A DNA stretch of 64,000 bases. Source: a virus. The notes under the pieces were generated by a model, which had not been told where the DNA came from, searched no databases, and was given only the letters and a program-made list of their open reading frames with translations. A program made the translations under genes and the position numbers. Below, in pieces: positions 18,942 to 29,500 of the stretch (its first letter is position 1; the number at the start of each line of letters is the position of its first letter). The stretch is from IMG/VR virus record IMGVR_UViG_3300020202_000062, positions 94,929 through 158,928 of that record; one strand, 5' to 3'.

Positions 18942-19820
18942 CTAGGCCCTAAACGTCGGTCGACCATAACCAACAATCTTAGCATCGATTGGCCTATTGC
19001 GCCTATATACCCCGCCACCATTGGTCTGGGATCCTGAGTTACCTGATGCAGTATTGCCTTCTATGGTCTGGATTTCAGTTGAGGAGATAACCCTCTCTAC
19101 AATGCCGACATGATTCACGTAATATTCGTTGGTATCAAAATCGTAGAAGACGATATCTCCTGCCTTCGGACCTGTGGTAAACCACCTATTTGCTTTCTTA
19201 AATCCGTCAGCCATCGTAACCGTCCAAGCATCTGGATTGGGAATAGATACTCCTGCCTTCTTGGCCATAGCCGCAATAAAGGTAGCACACCATGATTGGT
19301 TGTTTGGGTGGCCCACCTGGGCAGCATACTTGTTGTCGTTATTGGATCCCTCTATATACCCCACCTCTGCTGCTGCCACAGCCAAGAACTTCCTAAGAGT
19401 TCCTGTGCTACTAACAGTGTTGTCTACGGATTTAGTGGTGGTTTTCTTGGTGGACTGAGTCTTCTTCTTGGAGTCTTCGAAATCATCTTCTATTCCGCGG
19501 TATAGGCTCTTGAAGTCATCATCAACATCGTGACTAGTCAAGGTGGGTTCAGAGAACTTTGTTGCCTTAGAGTTGAACTTCTTGTCATTCCACTTGAGGC
19601 CATCGTCCTCATTTGTTATTACCTTGACTGTATCCCCAACAAAACTGACAGACTTAGTCTCGGGACATATGACAATGCCTACACCATCTCCCGCGAAGAT
19701 TTCAATGTCGCCATTGTCTCTCACCCTGAAGAATGATGGGTTGTCAGGATGGGTTAAGCCTACCTCACGGGGCTGGAACTTCTTCTGTTCTTTTACGATC
19801 TTTGTAGGTCTCTTGATCAT
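18942..19820 (-). CDS. Spike-associated protein with C-terminal CHAP amidase/endopeptidase
   Basis: N-terminal short beta-strand region, Lys/Thr linker, then QSWCATF..GDIVFYD..HVGIVE..TIEGNT (catalytic Cys/His). Confidence 0.8.
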   Translation of the reverse strand: MIKRPTKIVKEQKKFQPREVGLTHPDNPSFFRVRDNGDIEIFAGDGVGIVICPETKSVSFVGDTVKVITNEDDGLKWNDKKFNSKATKFSEPTLTSHDVDDDFKSLYRGIEDDFEDSKKKTQSTKKTTTKSVDNTVSSTGTLRKFLAVAAAEVGYIEGSNNDNKYAAQVGHPNNQSWCATFIAAMAKKAGVSIPNPDAWTVTMADGFKKANRWFTTGPKAGDIVFYDFDTNEYYVNHVGIVERVISSTEIQTIEGNTASGNSGSQTNGGGVYRRNRPIDAKIVGYGRPTFRA

Positions 19821-19822
19821 GA

Positions 19823-20194
19823 TTACATCCTAAACAAAAATCTTGGCACACCTGTATCGGCATTGGTTTGGCGATCTAAATCGTACTTAGCATAAGAGTG
19901 GTTATAGAAATGAGTGATAACTGGATTGGCTTCGGATGCCCCTCGGAAAGCCACCCAACATAGGCGACCTGGCTCGGGTGCCACAGGTTGCACACCCAGC
20001 ATTGTGGGGCATGGTACGTGTTTGATAATGTCTGTCGGAAGATCTGAGTCTGATGCTGCAAGGAGCACAGTGGCAGTATTTGCCTCTATATTGTAGTCTA
20101 TGATAACACCTTGCCTACCACGTGGTTTCTCTAGTTCTCTTTGGTCAATCAGTTTTCTGATGTGCTCTGTGAACTTAGGATTCATTGGGGCCAT
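19823..20194 (-). CDS. Baseplate spike N-terminal OB-fold protein (gpV/gp5-like)
   Basis: 123 aa; GVIIDYN..TATV..VP..PEPGRLCWVAFRG..NPVI pattern; located between hub and wedge genes. Confidence 0.65.
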   Translation of the reverse strand: MAPMNPKFTEHIRKLIDQRELEKPRGRQGVIIDYNIEANTATVLLAASDSDLPTDIIKHVPCPTMLGVQPVAPEPGRLCWVAFRGASEANPVITHFYNHSYAKYDLDRQTNADTGVPRFLFRM

Positions 20195-21105
20195 TAGACA
20201 TCATCCTCTTCTTCTGGTTCTTCTTCGTCTTCTAGAAGTTTCGCAAAGACAGGACGGCCAAATCCCTGGACTCCTGAGGTTTGAATGTTTCTTGTCTTCC
20301 GCCAAACACCGCCACCGTTATCTTGTGATCCAGATTCAGAAGAACTTGTATTCCCCTCAATGGTGATAATCTCATTAGCTGAGATTACCTGCTCAACGAT
20401 ACCTACGTGCTGGATGCGATTCTTTGAATCATTTGGGAAGTCAAAAAAGACGATATCACCCGGCTCTGGGGTTGAAAACCATTGGCCCGCCGCCTTAAAC
20501 GCCTCGGCCATCGCTGGAGTATAGGCAGAGTCGGCCCCTGGCGGAAGGGTTACATTAGCCTGCTTGCACATGGCAACGATAAATGTTGCGCACCATGCCT
20601 GACCATTAGCATGACCTGCTATCTCTGCGTATGGATTCATGTTTGAGTTTCGTGGATTCTCTGTAGTACCCAATTCATCTGTTACATATGTAAGGAATTG
20701 ACCCACTTCACCAGAGGCTTCAATGTTTACTTTGCCTTCTGTGGTTGTGTTGTCAAAGTATCCATTACCAAATCCATCCTTTAGCATGATGTCAAATGGC
20801 AATAGGCTTGCGCGACCTTCACCAAGAACAGCGTTTTCCCCCCCGCCCCACTTCAATAACCCTTGCAGATCTGTCGATAATGTCTGATTGAAAGCGTTAA
20901 GGGTTGATTCCTTTGGGCGATATAGGGCAGCACCTTGCATGATGTCAGATATGCTCAAAGTTGTTACGCCCACCTGAGGGATGCCCCTGTTTGAAGCAGA
21001 AGTCTTCATAGGTGGACGCCCAGAAAGTTGTTGACCAGATGTCTTCTTTACGAAGCGTTCAGGTTTAGAATCATCGAAGTCATCAATTGTATATCTGAAA
21101 TTCAT
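20194..21105 (-). CDS. CHAP-domain cell-wall hydrolase (virion-associated)
   Basis: QAWCATF..PGDIVFFDF..HVGIVE..TIEGNT; acidic C-terminal tail. Confidence 0.8.
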   Translation of the reverse strand: MNFRYTIDDFDDSKPERFVKKTSGQQLSGRPPMKTSASNRGIPQVGVTTLSISDIMQGAALYRPKESTLNAFNQTLSTDLQGLLKWGGGENAVLGEGRASLLPFDIMLKDGFGNGYFDNTTTEGKVNIEASGEVGQFLTYVTDELGTTENPRNSNMNPYAEIAGHANGQAWCATFIVAMCKQANVTLPPGADSAYTPAMAEAFKAAGQWFSTPEPGDIVFFDFPNDSKNRIQHVGIVEQVISANEIITIEGNTSSSESGSQDNGGGVWRKTRNIQTSGVQGFGRPVFAKLLEDEEEPEEEDDV

Positions 21106-21107
21106 GG

Positions 21108-24100
21108 CTAGTCCTTATAGGCGTCAGCGCCACGCTCTGTGTCGTTGGTTAGTAGATCCTTGAAGTATATAGTAGCGAGACCTGACATAACCATAGCCCA
21201 GTTTGCGGTGTAAGGACGGGAATCTTCCATATAGGAATCCCATGCGATAAGCGGATGCTTCTCCGCCAAGCCTCGGAGAACCGTATCCCTATCTCCTGGT
21301 GGAGTTCCTTGCGGAACGTTGTGGAATACTACCGCTAGCAAACGAGCACTGTCTGTGCTGTCGTACTTATTATACCTGTTGTAGCGAAGGGCGACGGTAG
21401 GCTCATAACCTGCTGCTTTTGGATCATCGATAAGAATCTTCTTAAGATAGGCTGTAGCCAAAACCGATCGGGCACTGTTTCTGTTTGATGAAATTCCCTC
21501 GTCCTGAGGATCCTGGAACGGCATGTTCTCGCCGGTAATTGCATCATAATCAAGTTCGTAAACATCCCTATCGTGGATCTGCAACTCGGCGGTGTTGATA
21601 CCAGTGAGACGAACCGTAACTCTACCGTGCTCGGTTTCAACGTCGATGGTGTCACCGTCCTCGATATCTACGACAGTTCCGATTTCGACTTCTGGCTTGT
21701 TTAGCGCAATCTCGTCCGGAGTTCTACCTGCCATTTCCATGATCTTCACCTGAGTCTGAGCATTCCACCAACTTACCTCACGAACTAGGCGTGTGATGTC
21801 GATTGGCTTCCAACCAAGAGCAGATAGAAGATCATCTGACCGAATAAAACTATTCCCATGTTGGTCTTGTGTGTTAACTCGCACGCCCAAAATACCAGGC
21901 AGTAGGTTGATGCTGTGATGCCTTCCTACCGCTACACCCTGTGCGTATGACAGCCCTGCATCCATAGGCTTACCGTCTTTGTTTAGGTACTGGATGTAGC
22001 ACCCATGCTGATCTAGGAGATTATCCCTAACCCACTTCCAAGCATCCCAAGCTAGGTCACCAGCAGCAAGGCCGCCGACACCGCCGATGACAGCACCCGC
22101 AGGACCGCCACCAAGGAGGAACCCTGCGCCTGCACCCACCACGGGAGCGAGGCCAGTCGCAGCCATAGGAAGTAGAGCCTCAGCCAATCCGCCACCCTGG
22201 TTACCAAGTGCGCCTACATTGACCAATCCCATCTGCGAAGCAGAAGCCAAATCCTTAACTAAAGCACTTGAACCCTGAGTGTATTGGAGGTGGCCGTACA
22301 TCTGAGTCCTCATAACTTCAGCCAGATTTCTAGATGTGATCTTCTCAGACACAAAGTAACTCTCTGCATCTTGTGTCTTGTCGATTATCTGACGTACATC
22401 GTCTCGCATGTTCTTAACTGCCCACCAACTCCAGATCCAAGAGATCATTGACCACCTTGCGGGATCGTTGATCGTTACAATAGCGTTAGGGGTAACAGAT
22501 GTGATGAACCCTTGATCGGGAGTAAAGTGATGTACAACTTGCTCAACTTCGAACATACCGTAGCAACGCTCGTAAATATCAGCAATGTAAATTAGATCGT
22601 GAGGTCTGATATCTGGGTTTCCAAGAAGGATTATTTCTCCACTGTAGATATCCTTCAAATTTTCCTTAAGATGCCATAAGGCAACGCGCTTCGACAACAT
22701 TTCGTCAGCAGATCCTGTAGTTACCTTAGCAATGCTTCGTGCTGTTTCAATTGGATGAAGCAGTGGATGCAAGAACCCAAGGATACCGCTACCTTTAGCG
22801 TTATCCCAGAATAGGCCAGTCTCTACCGCAATTTCAGTCTGCCTTTCTGGCGGCGCACCCTTGTCCATATGGACTGTTACTGGATACTTACCGTCAGAGG
22901 TAGCCGTAACTACTGTTGCAACATTGCTATTCTCTTCAATTTGATTAGAGATGATGTGCTGGAATGAGTTGATGTAGTGCATACGCTGGAATGGCTCACG
23001 CACCTCAACTACAGGTTCTCCATATTCGCGAGTGAATGGGTTGTCTGCTAGGCGCAGGATTGAGCCCTCTTCTCCAGCCTTGAAGTAGATAGAATCGTTG
23101 AATACCTTGTTTAGTAGGTTGGCCTGCTTCTGCATTGAACCCACCATGTTTAATCCTTGCCCCATGGTCATCATTGACATACGGAACATAGATACTAAAC
23201 CAGACAATCCTGCGCTTACTGCGGTGAGCAACTTCCCAATAGTTGCGTCAAGTGCCTGATCAATATCCTCAAGGGCAGCACCAAGTAGAGAATCGGCTTC
23301 GTCACCTTCGGAAGCGTTCTGTTCCATCCATGCTTTTAGTTCTTGCTCGAAAGCAGATATTGGCATAGGTTCGACTGTGGAATGCTTGATCCTCATGTAC
23401 TCTTTCCACAGCTTTTCAACGCGGTTAAACTTCCAACCTTCGCCCCCAAAGATAGCGTCAGGAGTGAAATCGAACAATTCTCCGGTATCGCCCAAGGCTT
23501 CAATCGAGTTGTCGGTGAAGAGTTGACCCTTATCAACCTTCCTACTGACGACTACCACTACCCAAGCACGACGCCATGGATCCTGCCATAGCCACTTCTT
23601 GAATTCCTCAATATACTCACCATAAAGATCTTCGTTGTCCTCATGGTTTTCTAGTGTTATCTTCTCCCACTCTCCTTCTACCGAATCATAATCTTGGAAT
23701 TCTTTTCTGAACTGATCCCAGATCTCTTCTGCTTCGTCTACAGTTCTCTTGCCTATGAGTCTAGCCGTAGAGTTTTCGCGCTCCGCAAATTCCTCATCAT
23801 ACAGAAGCCTAGCAAGGTAACCGATGTTCTGGGTTTTGTCATCCTGGTAAAGTCCAGATCCCCTATTTATATATACGGGCACGTTCTCTTCTAGGCCACC
23901 CTGCTCAAACTCATACAGGCCAGCGCTATCGGCACGTTCTTCATCGAACCAGTCGAAGGTTCCGTCTGAATATGTGTTTCCATCAGACGATTCTTCTAGT
24001 TCGATTTCTTCGTCTGAGGAATCTGCAATCGCTTCCTGGCCACCTTCGCGATCTGCGTTTCTCATTCCTGGTGATCTACCAGATGAATCAATGCCAGTGA

Positions 24101-27100
24101 TACCTGAAGAAGCAAGGCTTGTTACTGGACCCAATTTAGAGTTGTCGTCAACGAAACCAACCCAAATGTTTGTGTCGCCGTTCTTGATCCCTAACACTTC
24201 AGCAACATCGGGAGATACACCAATGTGGTGACCTGTACTTGGGCTCGGTCCTTTATCTCCAGGAGTACAGACACATGCTCTGCCATTGTTAGCATTGAAT
24301 ACAAGGATTCTTGATCCCTTCAATTCATCACGCTTCACATGTGCACTATCCCAGTACATATTCATGTACCAACGCTCTGACTCTGGATCTAGAACGCCAA
24401 AGAATCCAGTTCGACCCGGCCAATCCGGATTGTCACCTTCCTTAATCGTGCCGCCCTCTGAGTATTCATTATTCCCGTGAACACCACCCACACCACCTTG
24501 TTGACCCCTTGCCGAGCCATCGGAAGACCGGTCCATATAGAATGGATGACGCTTCTCTGGAGGTAGTGTCGATGATTGCTGATGTTGCTTCATGTCTTCC
24601 TCTAGGCTGCTGCTAGTTGGAAGATGCATCTCTTCTACAATGCTTCCTGTTCTATGGGGCAGCAAGACTTTTTTGGTAGATTCATCTCTATAAAGTGGAA
24701 GAGTCTTAAATTCTCTCAGCGCCCAATCCGGAACATCTACTGATCCATTTGGCTGAACCTGCTGCATTGAGAACGGATGCGATTTCTCTAGATTCTCATA
24801 AAACTGCATTTCATTCTTAAGATCCGCTAGAGGGTTAGCGAGGCCTGCCGCATTTTGCAGCATTCGCTCCAACTCTTCATTAGAATCCTCGACCTTTAGG
24901 GTTGAACTCTTAGGAATACCTGTAGTCAAAGGGATTACACCCGAGGTATACAGCCAATGTGGCTTGCCATAGAATACTGTTGAGCGATCTTCAAATGGTC
25001 GAACTGCAACTATGTAGTTTGGTAGAAGTGCTGCACAGAGTCTAAATAAGTCCCATACGGACTTCATGTATGTCTGAGCACGGAATGATACTTCATCAAA
25101 TCCATTGACATCATCGTCACTATTCGTCAAACCAAGAGCCTTCATGAATGGGTGGTTCTCGCGGCGTGATCGTACAGCCTCGAAGATTCGAGGATCAGTT
25201 GCGGTATTAATGTCCCCTCCGTCTAGGGCGACAGCAACTTCATTCGGATCAAGACCAGAATTACGAAGTGCTCGCGCATCATCATCCTCACCAGAACTTT
25301 GGACATCTGCTATAGTGGCATTCGCTTGTGCTTGTGCGCTTAATCCGTCAAAAACTCTAGTCTCTTGAGGTGTCTTTGAGTTGCGACCCTCATGCGTAGC
25401 GGCCATGGTTAAAGCGCCGTCCATTAGGTCGCCACCCAAGTACTGAGCAACGCCCAATCCGTTTCCTGGATAGATATTTCTCTTGAATAGTTCGTAGTCT
25501 CTGCGATTTACAAAGTTAGCCCACATATTCTGCATCAGATCGATAGCAGGTGAGCGGATCCCCTCTCCAGCGAGAGATGAGAAAAGTGTCCCGGTTCCAT
25601 CCCCACCGGATGCAAAGAAGCTTGTTAGGCCACCAAAGGCTTCACCTAGGCTACTTACGGGATCATTGCCTTCTAAATCTCCTGTAAACTGTTGTAGGTT
25701 ATTCTTTACAATCTCGTATCTGTCAGCGTGTCGCTTTTCTTCTCCATCTGACATTGGCTCGTAAAGGATGTGCCCAAAGTGACGGATTCCGAATCGGCTC
25801 TCTGAGAAGATCTGACCTTTGAACGCATGAGCGATCTGCTCTTTAACTCCACTTGCTCCCATAGACAGAAGTCGCACCATAAGATCTCTTGGCTCAGATA
25901 GCCACATAGATCCCATGAAGCCTTCGTTCATATCTCCGGAATGCCCCTTCTTATCAGTAGTGTTGATAATAGGGCTTAGTTCAATAGCGTCTGACTGGCA
26001 AGTGATCGTGATGATGTCGCCAGTTTCAACAGTTGTTACGACGCCGTTAAATACGGTTGGTAGTGCGTTTGGATTGGCACTATATCCCATACGTAAGTGA
26101 ACCCTAACACCAGGCTTAAGTCTGATATTTTCAATCTCAACAATATGAGAATCTACTGTACCGCTCATTAGGTTGCGGCCTGCGTCACGGATGGTGTCGA
26201 TGACGGCTAGGGCCATATCTGGCTCTTCCTCATCGGTGAGACGCGTGTCAGTCTTCCCGTTGATTACGGCCTTGTATTCCGAAGATAGTTTGGAGTATAG
26301 GTTAGAGACTCTAAGGATCAAAGTATCGCCTAAGATGTCTTCGGACTGAACTATCGAAAAGTCAATAACGGACTGTAGCCCGTAGAAATTGTCGAACAAC
26401 TTAACGCCAGTGAAGTATCCACCCTCATCAATTAGCCACAACATATAAGTTGGGAAGGCTCGAACCATACGACCAGACAAGTCACGGTACTGTGCATCCT
26501 GCATCATTAGATGGAACTGATGGTTGGGATTAGCTGTACCCTTGTCTTCGTAAGGGTGACCATAAGATGCAAATGGTGCTGTATCGGCGGTTGGTGTAGT
26601 TGGTTCAACTTGAACTCTTGATGCAATGTCATCATCTACATTGATTCCACGAGCAGCCCATTCGGTCTGTCCAGTGTCGATATCTTCTTTTCCGAAAGCC
26701 CAGCCGTAGTCATCCAACTCAATAATGGAGTTGGACTTCATATCCTTATCATATACACCAAGGTTCAACTTGTACTTGTGGCTGTAACCTTCTGCTGTGC
26801 GATCCTGGATGGTCGCTACTTCTCCCAGACCTAGATCGAGTTCCCTAGTTAAATGGCTGACTGACGGAGTGTAGTCCTCAATTGGTGTGGTCTTGTTTGA
26901 ATCCTCGACACCAAGGTAGTTAGCCAAAGCCTCATATCCGGTTGTTGCTTCTTTTCTTTGCAGCGATCCCTGAACGATATCGTCATCAATGGTCTGAAAA
27001 GCGTGGAAGTAATAGTCTGGGTCCAGGTGCCCTACAATCTTTCCATCTTCGTCTTTCACAGACAGAGGGAAATCTGGGTATGCATTAAAGGCACCCCAGA

Positions 27101-29486
27101 GTTGCTTGATTCTTAGGAATGGGTTTCTCTTGCCGAAAGCCTCAACCAGTTCCTTCTGTTGCTCGCTGGACAACTGCTCACGCATCTGCTGCTTTACATC
27201 AAAATCTGTAAATGAAAGCCTTACACTGTAGACGCGTGGGAATCCTGGGATTGTATCCACTTCGAATGCTAGAGGTAGAACATACTTGATTCCTGCAAGT
27301 GCAGTTAGAACATTCTTAACGCCCATGAATCCGAGCACTCCGTGTGCGTGCTCTAGTCGGGCTAGGTTATTGACGTGGTTGTACGCTTGCTTAAGACGTA
27401 TAAGTTCTTCCTCACCAAAGACAGTCATGGAGACATCGATACGTGAGTCGCGGCCACCAATATGCTGATGAACTGGTTCTTCCTGCATCTGTAACTGGAG
27501 CCTTGCAATATTGTTAGCAATAGTTACGCTCACGCCATTGACGATTACCTTAGACCAGTCAATGGGGAGACGAGCCATAGGAACTTCCCATTCACGGATC
27601 GTTAGGTGGGAGTCTTTGAACATTGCATCTTCAAGGTACGCCTGGAAGTAAGGTGTAGTCTTGTAATTATTGAAGATGTAGTCAAACCAATATAGAGCGG
27701 CTTCTAGGTTTAGCTTGTCAATAGCCGCATCTGTCAGTGAACTTCCAGTTCCTAGGACCGAAAGATTCCTATAAAAGCCCTGCCACTCGGCCATCTTCTC
27801 TAGTGACATTGCAGAAGGGTTGCCATAAAGTGAATTATCACGAAGGTAATTGTGTAGAACACTCCTAGTACTTGATAACTCAGAAGCGGAGATCCTCTGA
27901 CTAAATGAAGAGAGGGTATCAAATCCTAATTCCTCCCATACGTAACCAGGGGCGGTGTCTACGTCAATATTCATAGCACCTAAGAATGACTCCCACCAAG
28001 ACTTCTCACGAACGGCATCAAAGTCTTCGTTCTCACCTGGTTGCCTGAAGTTGGCTAAGTCAGGGCCGAAAACCTGAAGAGGAGTCTTGATTGGGTAGTA
28101 GATGTTGAAGTTTTTACCATCTAGCCATTCTTGCTTCTTGTTAAAACTTGTTGGGATCTCATGTTCATAAGCAGGCACGGTCTGCATTGCGTCTTCTGGA
28201 TTGTTTGGGTCGATCTTCTCAACCATACTATCTTGACGCTCACTGAATATGCCGTACTCTCCATAGTATGAGACTTCCTTCTCAATAAGGAATCCCTGAG
28301 TAGCAGAGGCGGCCAATTGCTTTGCTGCACGACCCATATACTGACGGTACTTACCCCAGTGAATAGCGTTATTGAAGTCGTGAATCATAGGCAAATATGC
28401 CTTATGGTTAAACTTCAGTAGATTTAGGTTTACGGCGACACAGAATGGGAAGTCTTCAACCGTTGAGATTGTCATGCTCTGAAGCACGACTCCGGTAATG
28501 TCCCATGTCTGGTTGAGGTACTGGTTCTTTATAGGTAGGAATGGAGCATACTTAAACTGAGCAACAAGGCCACGCAGTGACGACAGGAACCTATCTACCT
28601 CTTCCTCATTGCCATCCGCGTCGAAATTGATGTCAATCTTCTCTCCATCTGAACTATCTAAGAATGAGGTTGCATCCATGTCCCCACCCCAGATTGATTC
28701 TTGGTTTGGGAAGTACAAGGTCATAGTGATCATGGTCTCGCTGTGGCCACTATTGAACTTGGGCGCAATCTGCTGCCTTAGAGCACCGCCCGTTAAGCTT
28801 CCTGCTCGTCCCTGCTGGCTAACATTGATGTTTAGCGGCGGGACCACAAACCTAGACGCACCGATCCTGCACTCCCATGGGAAAACTGGTAGTGGTGCTA
28901 CGTTCTCTCGGATATGCTCATTGAAGATTTCGCCCAGGCGAACCTGAGTATCCAAATATCCAAATGCCATCTCAAACCCAGAGGCGCTGTCACTACCACG
29001 ACTGAACGCATCTGCGATTTGGTCTAAGATATATTCGCTACGGTTCTCTCCCTCCGGGACTTCCAGGTGTGTCTGGTTGTACCATATGGTATACGCGGTC
29101 CAGAGTTCTTCGGTTAGGGGGAACCACTTGTATAGCTTTTTCTTGAAGGCGTGTGCGTTCGAGTCAGAGTAATTGCCGAGCCTATTCAACCAAACCAAGT
29201 GTTGTTGGGTGGGATTCCCGGCTCGCACTGCCGAAAGAACCGTTTCTAGGTTCTTGATAAGATCCTCAAGTCCATGATCTACAATGACGCGAATGAGTGC
29301 TTCTTTTTCTGCTCTCTGGGCGTCGTTATCGAAGTCCACGCCCTGGAAGAGAAGTTCGTCTGAATAGGCTTGTTCGACGGCTTCGTCAAACTCCTCTGGC
29401 GTGGTAGCCGCCCAGAGGTCCTGTTCTTCTTCGTAACTTAAGCCATCTCCGTCACCGTATAGGCTCATTCCGCCAGATTCAGACAT
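21108..29486 (-). CDS. Giant baseplate hub protein with RlpA-like DPBB, glycine zipper and C-terminal thermonuclease (SNase-like) domain
   Basis: 2792 aa; hub motifs LKPGVRVHLRMGY..VFNG and GEIILLGNPDIRP..FEVEQVVHHF; NGRACV..DKGP..VSPDVAEVLG (RlpA-like); GAGAGFLLGGGPAGAVIGGVGG; EDGDT..VRLTGINTAE..RLLA..GLA (SNase-like). Confidence 0.75.
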   Translation of the reverse strand: MSESGGMSLYGDGDGLSYEEEQDLWAATTPEEFDEAVEQAYSDELLFQGVDFDNDAQRAEKEALIRVIVDHGLEDLIKNLETVLSAVRAGNPTQQHLVWLNRLGNYSDSNAHAFKKKLYKWFPLTEELWTAYTIWYNQTHLEVPEGENRSEYILDQIADAFSRGSDSASGFEMAFGYLDTQVRLGEIFNEHIRENVAPLPVFPWECRIGASRFVVPPLNINVSQQGRAGSLTGGALRQQIAPKFNSGHSETMITMTLYFPNQESIWGGDMDATSFLDSSDGEKIDINFDADGNEEEVDRFLSSLRGLVAQFKYAPFLPIKNQYLNQTWDITGVVLQSMTISTVEDFPFCVAVNLNLLKFNHKAYLPMIHDFNNAIHWGKYRQYMGRAAKQLAASATQGFLIEKEVSYYGEYGIFSERQDSMVEKIDPNNPEDAMQTVPAYEHEIPTSFNKKQEWLDGKNFNIYYPIKTPLQVFGPDLANFRQPGENEDFDAVREKSWWESFLGAMNIDVDTAPGYVWEELGFDTLSSFSQRISASELSSTRSVLHNYLRDNSLYGNPSAMSLEKMAEWQGFYRNLSVLGTGSSLTDAAIDKLNLEAALYWFDYIFNNYKTTPYFQAYLEDAMFKDSHLTIREWEVPMARLPIDWSKVIVNGVSVTIANNIARLQLQMQEEPVHQHIGGRDSRIDVSMTVFGEEELIRLKQAYNHVNNLARLEHAHGVLGFMGVKNVLTALAGIKYVLPLAFEVDTIPGFPRVYSVRLSFTDFDVKQQMREQLSSEQQKELVEAFGKRNPFLRIKQLWGAFNAYPDFPLSVKDEDGKIVGHLDPDYYFHAFQTIDDDIVQGSLQRKEATTGYEALANYLGVEDSNKTTPIEDYTPSVSHLTRELDLGLGEVATIQDRTAEGYSHKYKLNLGVYDKDMKSNSIIELDDYGWAFGKEDIDTGQTEWAARGINVDDDIASRVQVEPTTPTADTAPFASYGHPYEDKGTANPNHQFHLMMQDAQYRDLSGRMVRAFPTYMLWLIDEGGYFTGVKLFDNFYGLQSVIDFSIVQSEDILGDTLILRVSNLYSKLSSEYKAVINGKTDTRLTDEEEPDMALAVIDTIRDAGRNLMSGTVDSHIVEIENIRLKPGVRVHLRMGYSANPNALPTVFNGVVTTVETGDIITITCQSDAIELSPIINTTDKKGHSGDMNEGFMGSMWLSEPRDLMVRLLSMGASGVKEQIAHAFKGQIFSESRFGIRHFGHILYEPMSDGEEKRHADRYEIVKNNLQQFTGDLEGNDPVSSLGEAFGGLTSFFASGGDGTGTLFSSLAGEGIRSPAIDLMQNMWANFVNRRDYELFKRNIYPGNGLGVAQYLGGDLMDGALTMAATHEGRNSKTPQETRVFDGLSAQAQANATIADVQSSGEDDDARALRNSGLDPNEVAVALDGGDINTATDPRIFEAVRSRRENHPFMKALGLTNSDDDVNGFDEVSFRAQTYMKSVWDLFRLCAALLPNYIVAVRPFEDRSTVFYGKPHWLYTSGVIPLTTGIPKSSTLKVEDSNEELERMLQNAAGLANPLADLKNEMQFYENLEKSHPFSMQQVQPNGSVDVPDWALREFKTLPLYRDESTKKVLLPHRTGSIVEEMHLPTSSSLEEDMKQHQQSSTLPPEKRHPFYMDRSSDGSARGQQGGVGGVHGNNEYSEGGTIKEGDNPDWPGRTGFFGVLDPESERWYMNMYWDSAHVKRDELKGSRILVFNANNGRACVCTPGDKGPSPSTGHHIGVSPDVAEVLGIKNGDTNIWVGFVDDNSKLGPVTSLASSGITGIDSSGRSPGMRNADREGGQEAIADSSDEEIELEESSDGNTYSDGTFDWFDEERADSAGLYEFEQGGLEENVPVYINRGSGLYQDDKTQNIGYLARLLYDEEFAERENSTARLIGKRTVDEAEEIWDQFRKEFQDYDSVEGEWEKITLENHEDNEDLYGEYIEEFKKWLWQDPWRRAWVVVVVSRKVDKGQLFTDNSIEALGDTGELFDFTPDAIFGGEGWKFNRVEKLWKEYMRIKHSTVEPMPISAFEQELKAWMEQNASEGDEADSLLGAALEDIDQALDATIGKLLTAVSAGLSGLVSMFRMSMMTMGQGLNMVGSMQKQANLLNKVFNDSIYFKAGEEGSILRLADNPFTREYGEPVVEVREPFQRMHYINSFQHIISNQIEENSNVATVVTATSDGKYPVTVHMDKGAPPERQTEIAVETGLFWDNAKGSGILGFLHPLLHPIETARSIAKVTTGSADEMLSKRVALWHLKENLKDIYSGEIILLGNPDIRPHDLIYIADIYERCYGMFEVEQVVHHFTPDQGFITSVTPNAIVTINDPARWSMISWIWSWWAVKNMRDDVRQIIDKTQDAESYFVSEKITSRNLAEVMRTQMYGHLQYTQGSSALVKDLASASQMGLVNVGALGNQGGGLAEALLPMAATGLAPVVGAGAGFLLGGGPAGAVIGGVGGLAAGDLAWDAWKWVRDNLLDQHGCYIQYLNKDGKPMDAGLSYAQGVAVGRHHSINLLPGILGVRVNTQDQHGNSFIRSDDLLSALGWKPIDITRLVREVSWWNAQTQVKIMEMAGRTPDEIALNKPEVEIGTVVDIEDGDTIDVETEHGRVTVRLTGINTAELQIHDRDVYELDYDAITGENMPFQDPQDEGISSNRNSARSVLATAYLKKILIDDPKAAGYEPTVALRYNRYNKYDSTDSARLLAVVFHNVPQGTPPGDRDTVLRGLAEKHPLIAWDSYMEDSRPYTANWAMVMSGLATIYFKDLLTNDTERGADAYKD

Positions 29487-29500
29487 TTACATCTCCACAC

